From Armatimonadota bacterium (GTDB lineage Bacteria > Armatimonadota > Fimbriimonadia > Fimbriimonadales > GBS-DC): a stretch of 64,000 nt of DNA. How positions within the stretch are numbered: the stretch's first letter is position 1; each line of letters opens with the position of its first letter. Below the pieces are notes generated by a model. The model was given only the letters and a program-made list of their open reading frames with translations, did not search any database and was not told the DNA's origin. A program made the translations under genes and the position numbers. The stretch spans positions 112,930 to 176,929 of the forward strand of contig JBBIML010000010.1 in NCBI GenBank assembly GCA_037444405.1, given 5' to 3'. Below, one piece after another: positions 30,010 through 39,284 of this stretch.

Positions 30010-30609
30010 ATGGCACTCTTTCCACCCGCGTTGCGTCAGTTGATTACGCTGCTGGAGCGGTTGCCGGGCATCGGACCCCGCTCGGCGCAGCGGCTCGCAC
30101 TCTACCTGATCCGTCGTCCCCCAGACGAGGTGGAACAGCTCGCGAGCGCCCTGCTCAACGCCCGCCACAGGGTGCGCCTGTGCGAGCGATGCTTCTTTCT
30201 AAGCGAACAGCCCCTGTGCGAAATCTGTCAGGACAGCACGCGCGACGCCAGCCTGCTCTGCATCGTTGCTGACCCGCGCGATGTGGTCTCGCTGGAGCGA
30301 CTGGAACAGTATCGCGGGCTGTATCATGTGCTGCACGGGCTGATCTCGCCCGCAGAGGGCGTCCAGCCAGAAGACCTGAAGATTCGGGAGCTGATAGAGC
30401 GCGTGCGAGCGCAGCCCCCGCAGGAGGTAATCCTGGCGACTCCACCCACCGTGGAGGGCGACACCACCGCGCTCTATCTGGCACGGCTCCTCAAGCCGAT
30501 GGGGATTCGAACCACGCGCATCGCCTACGGCATGCCCGTCGGCGGCGAGCTGGACTACGCCGACGCCGCCACGCTTGGCTACGCCCTCAGCGGCAGACGC
30601 GAAATCTGA
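30010..30609 (+). CDS. recR: Recombination mediator RecR
   Basis: LPGIGPRSAQRLA HhH, C4 zinc finger, Toprim EGDTTA, GGELDYAD. Confidence 0.96.
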   Translation: MALFPPALRQLITLLERLPGIGPRSAQRLALYLIRRPPDEVEQLASALLNARHRVRLCERCFFLSEQPLCEICQDSTRDASLLCIVADPRDVVSLERLEQYRGLYHVLHGLISPAEGVQPEDLKIRELIERVRAQPPQEVILATPPTVEGDTTALYLARLLKPMGIRTTRIAYGMPVGGELDYADAATLGYALSGRREI

Positions 30610-30612
30610 AAT

Positions 30613-30636
30613 CACGGGCAGGAATGCCCGTGCTAC
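30613..30636 (-). repeat. GTAG-type REP-like hairpin (family B)
   Basis: Minus strand reads GTAG-cacgggca-ttcc-tgcccgtg. Confidence 0.6.
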
Positions 30637-30672
30637 TTACGCGCGAAATCTAAACGAAGGAGGAAACCCGAA

Positions 30673-32034
30673 ATGTTGTTAGCCGACCGACTGGCACACT
30701 ATGCAACGGAGCTGCGCTATGAGCAGTTGCCGCCCGAAACGGTGCATGAGGTCAAGCGCCGCTGGATCGATTCGATTGCGTGCGCGTTTGGCGCGTGGCG
30801 GGATGAGACCGCCGAACTCGTGCGCCGTGTGGCGACGCAAGTGAGCAGTCCCTACGGGGCGACGATAATCGGCACGCGCCATAAAGCCTCGCCCGACTGG
30901 GCAGCGTTCGCCAACGGGCTGCTGATTCGCTATCTGGATTACAACGATACCTACCTCTCCAAAGAACCTGCCCATCCCAGCGATAATCTCGCGGCGGTGC
31001 TGGCGGTTGCGGAAGCGGAACGCGCCGACGGCAAAGCGGCGATCCTCGCCACCGTGATTGCCTACGAGATTCAGTGCCGTCTGTGCGACGCGGCGAGCTT
31101 GCGAACGCGCGGCTGGGACCATGTGAACTACGGGCTGTTCTCGGCGTCGGCAGCCGCTTCGCGCTTGATGGGGCTTTCCGCTGAAGCCACCAAACACGCC
31201 ATGAGCATCGCGGGCGTGTCGGGGCTGGCGATGCGCCAGACCCGCGTGGGCGAACTCTCGGCGTGGAAAGGGTGCGCCTTCGCGAACGCGGCGCGGCACG
31301 CCACTTTCGCCAGCTGGCTCGCCAAACACGGCATGACAGGTCCCTCCGAAATCTTCGAGGGCAAGATGGGCTTCATGAAGCAGGTGTCAGGCGAGTTCAC
31401 GCTCGGCGCGCTCGGCGGGGAAGAGGGACGCGGGTTTATGATTAACGAAACCTACATCAAATACTACCCTGTGGAGTATCACGCCCAGAGCGCGGTGTGG
31501 GCAGCGCTGGCGCTCCGCGAACAAATCGGCGGCGACATCAGCCAGATTGAGGCGGTGGAAATTGACACCTTTGAAGCCTGCTACTCCATCATCGGCTCGG
31601 AACCCGAAAAGTGGGAGCCAAAAAGCCGCGAGACCGCCGACCACAGCCTGCCCTATATTGTGGGCGTTACGCTGGTGGATGGCAAGGTCGACCTCAGCTC
31701 CTTTGACGAAGCGCGCTACACCGACCCGAACCTGCTGGCGTTCCTCAAAAAGATTACCGTGCGCCATGACCCCAGCATGGACGCTCGCTACCCGGAGGGC
31801 ATCCCGAACCGAATCACGCTCCGCCTGAAGGACGGGCGCACGCTGACGGAAGAGAACACCTTCCCGCGCGGACACGCTCGCAACCCCATGAGCGATGAAG
31901 AGGTGGAAGCCAAATTCTATGTGCTGACCGAATGGGCGCTCCCGCGCGAGCGACAGGACGCGGTGTTGCAGTTCCTCTGGAATCTGGACTCGCAGGCGAA
32001 CCTCCAGCCGCTGATGGAGATGCTGGCGGTTTGA
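30673..32034 (+). CDS. prpD: MmgE/PrpD family protein (2-methylcitrate dehydratase-like)
   Basis: RYLDYNDTY, HPSDN, GWDHV, WKGCA, RETADHSLPY. Confidence 0.88.
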   Translation: MLLADRLAHYATELRYEQLPPETVHEVKRRWIDSIACAFGAWRDETAELVRRVATQVSSPYGATIIGTRHKASPDWAAFANGLLIRYLDYNDTYLSKEPAHPSDNLAAVLAVAEAERADGKAAILATVIAYEIQCRLCDAASLRTRGWDHVNYGLFSASAAASRLMGLSAEATKHAMSIAGVSGLAMRQTRVGELSAWKGCAFANAARHATFASWLAKHGMTGPSEIFEGKMGFMKQVSGEFTLGALGGEEGRGFMINETYIKYYPVEYHAQSAVWAALALREQIGGDISQIEAVEIDTFEACYSIIGSEPEKWEPKSRETADHSLPYIVGVTLVDGKVDLSSFDEARYTDPNLLAFLKKITVRHDPSMDARYPEGIPNRITLRLKDGRTLTEENTFPRGHARNPMSDEEVEAKFYVLTEWALPRERQDAVLQFLWNLDSQANLQPLMEMLAV

Positions 32035-32049
32035 ACCCCTCTAAGAGCG

Positions 32050-32116
32050 GTAGGGGCGCACAGCCGTGCGCCCCTACAAAGACACCCCCCTCCCCCAAAC
32101 CTTCGGGAGAGGGGGC
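32050..32116. repeat. GTAG-type REP (family B) followed by a family A copy
   Basis: gtaggggcgcacagccgtgcgcccctac, then ccccctcccccaaaccttcgggagaggggg. Confidence 0.8.
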
Positions 32117-32130
32117 AAGGAGGTAAGAAC

Positions 32131-32862
32131 TCAACACCCGCTGCCAAAGTTGAACAGCACGATGAGCAGGTCCGCGTCGTCGACCACGCCGTCGCCGTTC
32201 ACATCACCGTCACAGCGCGTATGCAGCAGGAACGCCTCGGTGCGTCCCGTCGCCGCGTTGAAGCCCACGCCCACGATGTACCGCCCGTCGGGGCTGATGG
32301 CGGTGGCTTCTATTAGATTGGAGCCGCCCGTGAGCAGGCTGGCGTAGGTAGCGTTCAGGTCTTCCATCCCGCCTGCTTGCGTCCAGCGAAAGGCGTGCTG
32401 CTGACTGCTGGCGAATTCCGCCCAGCCCACGACCACCGCGCCGTCCGCCGAAACGCCATAAGCCACGCTCCGATATCCACCGAGCGTGCCGAGGTCTTGC
32501 ATCCCCCCAGCCTGCGTCCAGCGAAAGGCGCGCGGAAAATCGCTGGCATTGTGTGCCCAGCCGACAACCACTGCGCCATTCGCCGAAGCGTCCCAAGCTG
32601 CACTCCTATCTCCACCGAGCGTGCCGAGGCTCTGCATCCCGCCTGCCTGCGTCCAGCGAAACGCGCTGTAAGAACCGCTGGCGTCGAATGCATAGCCCAC
32701 GACCACCGCGCCGTCCGCCGAAACGCCATAAGCCGCGCTCTCATTCCCACCGAGCGTTCCTAACCAGGTAAGACTCTGCGACCAACCCACGGTCGCGCTC
32801 AACGCCAACACCACCGTTGCGCTCACCAGCGCGTGGCTCCGATTCGAAAATGTCCGCTTCAT
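32131..32862 (-). CDS. Secreted HAF-repeat protein with dockerin-like C-terminus
   Basis: Signal peptide; 3x LGTLGG..S.A..(V/A)SA(D/N)GAVVVG..AFRWTQAGGM; ends CDGDVNGDGVVDDADLLIVLFNFGSGC. Confidence 0.88.
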   Translation of the reverse strand: MKRTFSNRSHALVSATVVLALSATVGWSQSLTWLGTLGGNESAAYGVSADGAVVVGYAFDASGSYSAFRWTQAGGMQSLGTLGGDRSAAWDASANGAVVVGWAHNASDFPRAFRWTQAGGMQDLGTLGGYRSVAYGVSADGAVVVGWAEFASSQQHAFRWTQAGGMEDLNATYASLLTGGSNLIEATAISPDGRYIVGVGFNAATGRTEAFLLHTRCDGDVNGDGVVDDADLLIVLFNFGSGC

Positions 32863-32978
32863 CGTTTGACCTCCTTTGCTCCACCCTGCGCTCGAAGCGC
32901 AGAGGCTACAATTATATACTATTATACCCCATTTTTCACCCAATGGCAAGGGGTGGCGTATGTTGGGGGGCGGGCATG

Positions 32979-33220
32979 GTAGGGGCGCATGGCAGTGCGC
33001 CCCTGCCACACCTACAGGGTATCGTGGGGCGTGGGAGACGCTGCGTTGGGCGCGAGGCGCGTGATCGGACACCCCGCCCGCGCGATGGTAGCATGGGGAG
33101 AAGAAAGGTTTTGGCGCCTGTTCCTAATATGACACAGTAAAGACGCGATCCCTGCACGCCTCTCGCAAGCGGCTGGTGCTGCTGGCAATCGGGTAGAGGC
33201 GCACAGATGCGCGCCTCTAC
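32979..33220. repeat. Two GTAG-type REP hairpins (family B)
   Basis: gtaggggcgcatggcagtgcgcccct (32979) and gtagaggcgcacagatgcgcgcctctac (33193-33220, overlapping the metG stop). Confidence 0.75.
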
Positions 33221-34770
33221 CGTTGCAGGCGCGGGAAGAGAGGTTTCGGCGGCTGAAGCGGATGACCCGCGGGCAATCGCTCCAGCCAAGGCGCCTCGCT
33301 CCAGCGCGGCACCTCCGGCAGGTTCAGAAAGGCAGCCATCGCACGGGCGACCGCCGGCATCACGGGTTCCACCAGCATGCAGAGCAGGCGCACCGCCTCC
33401 AGCCCCGCGTACAGCACCGTCCCTGCCCGCTGAGTCTCACCCGCCTTCATCAGCGACCAGGGCGCCTGCTCGTCATAATAGCGGTTAACCGCTGCGATAA
33501 TCTCCCACGCTTCGCGCAGTCCGCGCGGGAAATCGACCGCCTCGTACGCCTCCGCCACCCGCGCCACCTGCTGACGGAACACCGCCACCAGCCCATCGTC
33601 CACCTGAACCCCTGAAGGCACGCGCCCCTCAAAGTAGCGATGCACCATCGACAGCGTGCGATGCACCAGATTGCCCAGGTCGTTCGCAAGGTCGCCATTA
33701 TAGCGCGTCTCCAGCCCCAGCAGGCTGAACTCGGCGTCCGAATCGGTGGGCATCTCGCGCAGCATGTAGTAGCGGAAGGCGTCGACCGCGTAGGGCAGCT
33801 CACAGCCGGACGCCTGCGAGAGCATCTGCGCCACCTCTAACGGCGCATACACATTCCCCAGCGACTTGGACATCTTCTGCTGGTTCACCACCCACCAGCC
33901 GTGCCCATAGAGGCGAACGGGCAACGGGATGCCCAGCGCCATCAGCATCGCGGGCCAGATGGTCGCATGGAAGCGCGGCAAAATATCTTTGCCCATTAGC
34001 TGCAAATCGGGCGGCCAGATATCGAGATAGTCCTCCCCGCGCTCCAGCCAGTCGGTCGCGGTGAGGTAGTTCAGCAGGGCGTCGAACCACACATAGACCA
34101 CCGCGCCGCTCTCATCGTCGGGCACGGGCACGCCCCAGTCGGTACCCGAGCGGCTCACTGCCACATCCTGAAGCCCTTCGGCGATAAAGCCCAGCGTCTC
34201 GTTGCGCCGCACCTCTGGCTGAACGAACTCGGGGTGGCTCCCAATATGCTCGCGCAGGCGCGATTCGTAAGCGGAGAGCCGAAAGTAGTAGCACGGCTCG
34301 TCGCGCCACTCCAGCGGCTTGCCGCAGTCAGGGCACGCTCGCTCCGCGCCAATCTTGCTGGATGCCCAGAAGGTCTCGCACGAGATGCAGTACCAGCCCT
34401 GATAGCGGCCCCTGTAAATATCGCCCTGCTCGCGTAGGCGGCGGAACACCGCCTCCACCGTGCGCTTATGGCGCTCTTCGGTCGTGCGGATGAACACATC
34501 GTACTCGATGTGCAGCGACTGCCAGGTGCGGGCGAACACCTCCGCCATCTCGTCCACAAACTGCTGGGTCGGCTTGCCCTGCTCCTGCGCGACGCGATGC
34601 ACTTTGGGCGCGTTCTCGTCCGTGCCCGTGAGGAAGTAGACCGCGCGCCCGCGCTGCTTCTGGAACCGTGCGCAGGCATCCGCCACAATCGTGGTGAGCG
34701 CCGTGCCAATGTGCGGCACGCTGTTCACATAGTAAATCGGCGTCGTGATGTAGTAGCACCGTTTGCCCAT
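33217..34770 (-). CDS. metG: Methionine--tRNA ligase (short form)
   Basis: YITTPIYYVN, HIGT (HIGH-like), LTGTDE, YVWFDAL, GKDI, KMSKS. Confidence 0.95.
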   Translation of the reverse strand: MGKRCYYITTPIYYVNSVPHIGTALTTIVADACARFQKQRGRAVYFLTGTDENAPKVHRVAQEQGKPTQQFVDEMAEVFARTWQSLHIEYDVFIRTTEERHKRTVEAVFRRLREQGDIYRGRYQGWYCISCETFWASSKIGAERACPDCGKPLEWRDEPCYYFRLSAYESRLREHIGSHPEFVQPEVRRNETLGFIAEGLQDVAVSRSGTDWGVPVPDDESGAVVYVWFDALLNYLTATDWLERGEDYLDIWPPDLQLMGKDILPRFHATIWPAMLMALGIPLPVRLYGHGWWVVNQQKMSKSLGNVYAPLEVAQMLSQASGCELPYAVDAFRYYMLREMPTDSDAEFSLLGLETRYNGDLANDLGNLVHRTLSMVHRYFEGRVPSGVQVDDGLVAVFRQQVARVAEAYEAVDFPRGLREAWEIIAAVNRYYDEQAPWSLMKAGETQRAGTVLYAGLEAVRLLCMLVEPVMPAVARAMAAFLNLPEVPRWSEAPWLERLPAGHPLQPPKPLFPRLQR

Positions 34771-34858
34771 CGCTATCCCGATAGAGTTTACCTGCTGGCG
34801 CATGGGGTATAATATCGCTGGCTGCACCTCCTATGGGCAGCCGAAAGGAGGATCAACG

Positions 34859-36382
34859 ATGATGAACCGATGGCTTCTGGGAACGGTTAGCATGCTGGGC
34901 GCAATCAGCATCGCCCTTGCGCAACCGCGCGTCGTGATTAACGAGTTCGCTTACGACGATACGGGCACTGACGATGTGGAGTTCGTCGAACTCTACAACG
35001 CCGATACGGTGCCGGTGGACATTTCGGGCTGGGTGCTGGAAAGCGGCGACCTGGTATCGGGTGATAACAACGCCGACTATACCATCCCCGCGGGCACAGT
35101 GCTTCAACCCGGCGACTACTATGTGATTGGCTCCGGGAATGTGCCGAATGTGGACCTTGTGGTGGGCACCAACAACCTGTTCGAGAACGATAACGAGTGG
35201 ACGGTGCTCAGGATGCCTGACGGCACGGTGGTGGATGCGATTGCCTATGAGACCAATAAGAACCCCGATCTCACTGCGTGGGTGCCTGCTGGTGTGATTC
35301 CGCAGCTGGGTCGGGGCATCTGGGGCAACTACATTACTTTGCAAGCCAGCGGCACCACCGATGACACCCTGCTCTCGCTCCAGCGCTGGAAGGACGGACT
35401 GGACACCAACGATAACGGGCGCGACTTCGGGCATATGCCCTGGACGCCCGGCGCATCCAATAACACCACGCCCACGCCCTTCAGCGACGACTTCAACGCC
35501 AGGAATGTGTATGACCTCGTGCCGAACCTGAGCGGCTCGTTCCGCGCCCCGCGCGTGATCGACCCAACCCAGTGGGATAGCACCTACACCACCACACCAA
35601 ACCCGAACTCGATCCCCTACTCGCCCGATGGCGGCAACGCGATGATCGCCTGGGACTGGGCAGGCGGCGGCAACATGGCGACCTCCACCTTCGCCTTCCA
35701 GAACCGCGCCGGCTACGAACTCTATATCCACATCGATAACACCATGCCCGTTCCGGGCGAACTGGAATCGTGGATGATCGGGCTAATGGGCACTGCCGAC
35801 TCGTTCTACAACATCCCGTTCCGCTATCTGGTGAATGCATGCGGCGTGACAGGTGTCGGCTGGCTGTTCAAACGCGCGAACACCACCAGCGACGAGGTGG
35901 CGGTGAAGCTGCGCCTGGTCGATGCGGGTCCGGGCGGCGACAGCAACCCTAACGGCACGATGCAGTGGACCACCTTCGGCGAGATCGACCTGAGCGGCAT
36001 TACGCCCGGCTGGTATCGCCTACGCCTGGAAGTGAAGGGCAACAAGGTGCGCGGTATCTTCGGCGGCACCTACGGCTCCACTTCTGACGGCACGATTATT
36101 GAGGGTACCACCAGCGGCTGGATCGGCGCGTTTTACATCGGCTACCGTGAAGCCTACGCTACCGACCAGTTCACTAATCCCGTACGCATCGACGCGCTGA
36201 ACCTGTTCATCCCCGTCGATGGCGATGTGGATGGCAACGGCTGTGTGGATGACGCCGACCTGCTGGAGGTGCTGTTCAGCTTTGGGCAGACAGGTGCCTC
36301 ACGCGCCGATGTGAACGGCGATGGCACAGTCGACGACGCCGACCTGCTGACCGTGCTGTTTGACTTCGGCAGCGGCTGTTAG
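34859..36382 (+). CDS. Secreted lamin-tail-domain protein with duplicated dockerin-like C-terminus
   Basis: VVINEF..D..EFVELYN...DISGW (LTD); ends DGDVDGNGCVDDADLL...DVNGDGTVDDADLLTVLFDFGSGC. Confidence 0.85.
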   Translation: MMNRWLLGTVSMLGAISIALAQPRVVINEFAYDDTGTDDVEFVELYNADTVPVDISGWVLESGDLVSGDNNADYTIPAGTVLQPGDYYVIGSGNVPNVDLVVGTNNLFENDNEWTVLRMPDGTVVDAIAYETNKNPDLTAWVPAGVIPQLGRGIWGNYITLQASGTTDDTLLSLQRWKDGLDTNDNGRDFGHMPWTPGASNNTTPTPFSDDFNARNVYDLVPNLSGSFRAPRVIDPTQWDSTYTTTPNPNSIPYSPDGGNAMIAWDWAGGGNMATSTFAFQNRAGYELYIHIDNTMPVPGELESWMIGLMGTADSFYNIPFRYLVNACGVTGVGWLFKRANTTSDEVAVKLRLVDAGPGGDSNPNGTMQWTTFGEIDLSGITPGWYRLRLEVKGNKVRGIFGGTYGSTSDGTIIEGTTSGWIGAFYIGYREAYATDQFTNPVRIDALNLFIPVDGDVDGNGCVDDADLLEVLFSFGQTGASRADVNGDGTVDDADLLTVLFDFGSGC

Positions 36383-36464
36383 CCCTCACCCCCGTGCCCC
36401 CTCTCCCGAAGCTTTGGGAGAGGGGGTCTAAATCCCTTCCCCCTTGAAGAGGCTGGGTGAGGGG
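36382..36464. repeat. Inverted pair of family A REP-like palindromes abutting a GGTATAAT -10 element
   Basis: ccctcacccccgtgccccctctcccgaagctttgggagaggggg...gggtgaggggtataat. Confidence 0.8.
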
Positions 36465-36491
36465 TATAATCTCCTGACAGGGGAGCGAACG

Positions 36492-37250
36492 ATGAGAACA
36501 AGGGGCTTTACGCTGATCGAATTGCTGGTCGTGATCGCGATTATCGCCATCCTGGCGGCGATTCTGTTCCCCGTGTTCGCGCAGGCACGCAACAAGGCTC
36601 GCCAGACCGCCTGCATCAGCAACATCCGCCAGTGCTGGCTGGCGCTAACGATGTACCGGGACGATCACGATAGCGTGTATCCCTATGGGATTGACTTCAA
36701 CCCAAGCCGACAGCCGAATGACTGTACCCGCTGGGATCGATCCCAGATTATTTTTACCTGGGAAGGTCCCGTGACTCGACCGTATGTTCCCGATTGTATT
36801 ATGTATGGAACCGCTTTTCCCGTGTGGCTTCCGACCGCTCAGGGACGCCGTGCGATTATAGAGCCATACCTCAAAGATGATAAGGTCATTTACTGTCCGA
36901 ATGTGCCCGACTGCTGGCTGCAAGGCAACTGTCCAAACCCTTTTATGGTGGGCAACTTCAACAATGGTTACTTCTATGACCCGGCACGCACTCGTGGACG
37001 CTCCAGCTACTACTACCCGTACTACGATTGGGGAGCTTTCCGATACACTGGTTCCTCTCCTGATGAAGCAAACCGTCTGGCAGCTGAGAACTTGATCTGG
37101 GGGCGCTCGGGCGACACGCTGGACGAGCGGGTGCGCATCCTGCTGGATAACTACCTCTATCAACAGCGCCATATTCAGGGCGGCAATATCGCCACGATGG
37201 TGGTTGTCCACCAGAGCGGAGCCACCAAAGTCTGGAAATGGCAACAGTAG
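36492..37250 (+). CDS. Prepilin-type N-terminal cleavage/methylation protein (DUF1559-like)
   Basis: [39 protein letters not shown]; degenerate H-X9-DG end (RHIQGG...HQSGATK). Confidence 0.88.
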   Translation: MRTRGFTLIELLVVIAIIAILAAILFPVFAQARNKARQTACISNIRQCWLALTMYRDDHDSVYPYGIDFNPSRQPNDCTRWDRSQIIFTWEGPVTRPYVPDCIMYGTAFPVWLPTAQGRRAIIEPYLKDDKVIYCPNVPDCWLQGNCPNPFMVGNFNNGYFYDPARTRGRSSYYYPYYDWGAFRYTGSSPDEANRLAAENLIWGRSGDTLDERVRILLDNYLYQQRHIQGGNIATMVVVHQSGATKVWKWQQ

Positions 37251-37366
37251 ACTAACCCGAAGCGACTGGGAGGGACATACCCGCAAATGCGCCCCTTCCA
37301 AATATTTTGCGTCTGAATACCCGTCGAGCAGGAATCGCCCCGAAGGCGGGGTATAATAAAAGGGAA

Positions 37367-37380
37367 TTGAAGCGCTTCAA
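37367..37380. promoter_or_regulatory. LacI-family-type operator downstream of a GGTATAAT promoter
   Basis: Perfect palindrome TTGAAGCGCTTCAA with central CG, about 10 nt after the -10 element. Confidence 0.7.
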
Positions 37381-37424
37381 AAGCGTGGGCAACCCACCAC
37401 CGAAGCGCGAAGGAGGCTCAAACG

Positions 37425-38228
37425 ATGAGGCGAAGGGGCTTTACGCTGATTGAGCTGCTGGTCGTGATCGCGATCATCGCCATCTTAGCGGCGATGCTAT
37501 TCCCGGTGTTCGCGCAGGCGCGCGAAAAAGCGCGTCAAATCACCTGCACCAGCAACGATAAACAGATGGGCATGGCAACGATGATGTACCTCAACGACTA
37601 TGACCAGCTCTGGTTCCCTGCATGGGTGGAAGTGCCCGGACCTGGCAACGGGCACTGGTTCTTCAAAATCTCGCCCTATATCAAATCGGGCACCGGCGCC
37701 GACTGGAGTACCTATCGACGCGACCGCAATGTGGAGATTCGCATCTGCCCGTCGGGTGTCGCCGTCGCTTTCAACTACAGCATGAACGGGCATGTCAGCC
37801 TTCTGCGCCAGGACTGCCCTCTGGGCCCTTACACCTGCTATGATCCCGATTCGGAAGCCATCTTCACTCACCCTGCCGAGACAATTATTTATGGTGACGC
37901 AACTCAGCTGGAGGGCTGGGACTGGGCGTCGTCAGCGAACTTTTGCTGGTGGCCATCGCAGGCGACCTGCTGGAACGGCGGGCGGTTCCCGCAGGGCGAT
38001 GAGGACCCGCTCTGGCGGATTGTGGATCGCGACCTGCCCGCCTCCGTGTGCGATCCGCGACAGAGGGACTGCTCGAATCTCGGCTATGGACAGGTACGCT
38101 ACCGCCATCAGCGGTTCGCTGTGTTCGTCTTCGCGGATGGACACGCCAAAGCGATTCGACGCGGCGCCGTCAAAGTGCCCTGGAACTGGTCAATCACCGC
38201 CCAGCACGAGAACGACTGGGCACGGTGA
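37425..38228 (+). CDS. Prepilin-type protein with H-X9-DG C-terminal motif (DUF1559-like)
   Basis: [37 protein letters not shown]. Confidence 0.92.
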   Translation: MRRRGFTLIELLVVIAIIAILAAMLFPVFAQAREKARQITCTSNDKQMGMATMMYLNDYDQLWFPAWVEVPGPGNGHWFFKISPYIKSGTGADWSTYRRDRNVEIRICPSGVAVAFNYSMNGHVSLLRQDCPLGPYTCYDPDSEAIFTHPAETIIYGDATQLEGWDWASSANFCWWPSQATCWNGGRFPQGDEDPLWRIVDRDLPASVCDPRQRDCSNLGYGQVRYRHQRFAVFVFADGHAKAIRRGAVKVPWNWSITAQHENDWAR

Positions 38229-38320
38229 AGCAGGAGCGCCGCCATCAGCCTGCAATCCCCCACCATGCTGGAAGGAATTGCAGGCTGAACGACTAAACAG
38301 AGTGTGCGGAGGGAACAGCG

Positions 38321-38569
38321 ATGCTCAGGCAAGAGATACCGACGCCTGTGGCGATAGGGGTTATCGTGGTGGTGCTGCTAATTGTGGGCTTTCTGGTCTA
38401 TCGGTTTGTGTTTGCGCCTGCGCCCACCGTGAGCACCATTCCGGAGGTGCCGATGCCGTCGCCCAGCGCGACAGCGCCGCCGGCTCCGGGAGGTCAGCCG
38501 CAGGCGCCTGCGAATGACCCGACCCGTGCGCCTTTCACACCGCCGCCTGGCTACGGCGCACCGCGATAG
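38321..38569 (+). CDS. Small single-TM Pro-rich protein
   Basis: QEIPTPVAIGVIVVVLLIVGFLVY followed by a Pro-rich tail; SD GGAGG. Confidence 0.7.
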   Translation: MLRQEIPTPVAIGVIVVVLLIVGFLVYRFVFAPAPTVSTIPEVPMPSPSATAPPAPGGQPQAPANDPTRAPFTPPPGYGAPR

Positions 38570-38585
38570 AGTCGCTAACAGGCGT

Positions 38586-39260
38586 TCAGATGTTCTCCTC
38601 AACGCCCAACTCGCGTAGCCGCTGGGCTAACCGTTCGGCACGCTGGCGTTCCTGCTCGGCGCGGGCAATCGCTTCCTGCAACGCCTGCTTGACCGCTTCA
38701 AATCGCACGAAACGGTTGCCCTCCGCGTCATACACGCTAGGGTCGTCTCCTTCACCGCGTTCGAACCGAATCCCCAACAGGGGACTGACCCAGCCCTCCA
38801 TGTTCTCGATCGGCTCCAGAAAATCGCCCTTGCGAATCGCGCCGTACCACTGACCTGTGTCGGGATCGTAGATGTAGTACTCCTGCACGCCGAAACGGTC
38901 GTAGAAAGCGTGCTTGAAGCCCCAATCCGCCAGCGTGTTGCCAGGTGAAACGACCTCGAACACCACCTGGGGCGCGACGCCATCCTCTTCCCACTGTTTG
39001 TAGTAGCCGCGATGCCCCTTCGGGCGCCCAATCACCACCATCACATCGGGCGCCGTGCGAATATCGGGGCGCCCCTCCACCGGGTACCAGAACAGATCCA
39101 TCGCCACGAACACATCCGCGCGACTGGCAAACATTGCCTCCAGATTATTTTTCAGCAGGGTCATCACATTCGCCTGTATCGTGTTGCTTGCCATCGGTTG
39201 TCCATCTGTTTCCGGGTAGACAATCTCCGCTTTTGGCGCTTCGGATGCCGTCGCTTGCAT
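38586..39260 (-). CDS. Uma2/DUF820 family endonuclease-like protein
   Basis: YPETDGQPMA, APDVMV, PQVVFEVVSPGN, GVQEYYIYDP, RAERLAQRLRELG. Confidence 0.92.
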   Translation of the reverse strand: MQATASEAPKAEIVYPETDGQPMASNTIQANVMTLLKNNLEAMFASRADVFVAMDLFWYPVEGRPDIRTAPDVMVVIGRPKGHRGYYKQWEEDGVAPQVVFEVVSPGNTLADWGFKHAFYDRFGVQEYYIYDPDTGQWYGAIRKGDFLEPIENMEGWVSPLLGIRFERGEGDDPSVYDAEGNRFVRFEAVKQALQEAIARAEQERQRAERLAQRLRELGVEENI

Positions 39261-39284
39261 CGCTCATCACCCCCATCAGTATAC

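Noticed and set aside
32260..32770. CRISPR-like direct repeats
   Set aside because: The repeats are in-frame HAF protein repeats inside a CDS, with homologous rather than unique spacers; no cas genes are present.
38586..39260. Restriction or defence system
   Set aside because: It is a lone Uma2/DUF820 gene, a commonly expanded family, with no methylase or defence neighbours.
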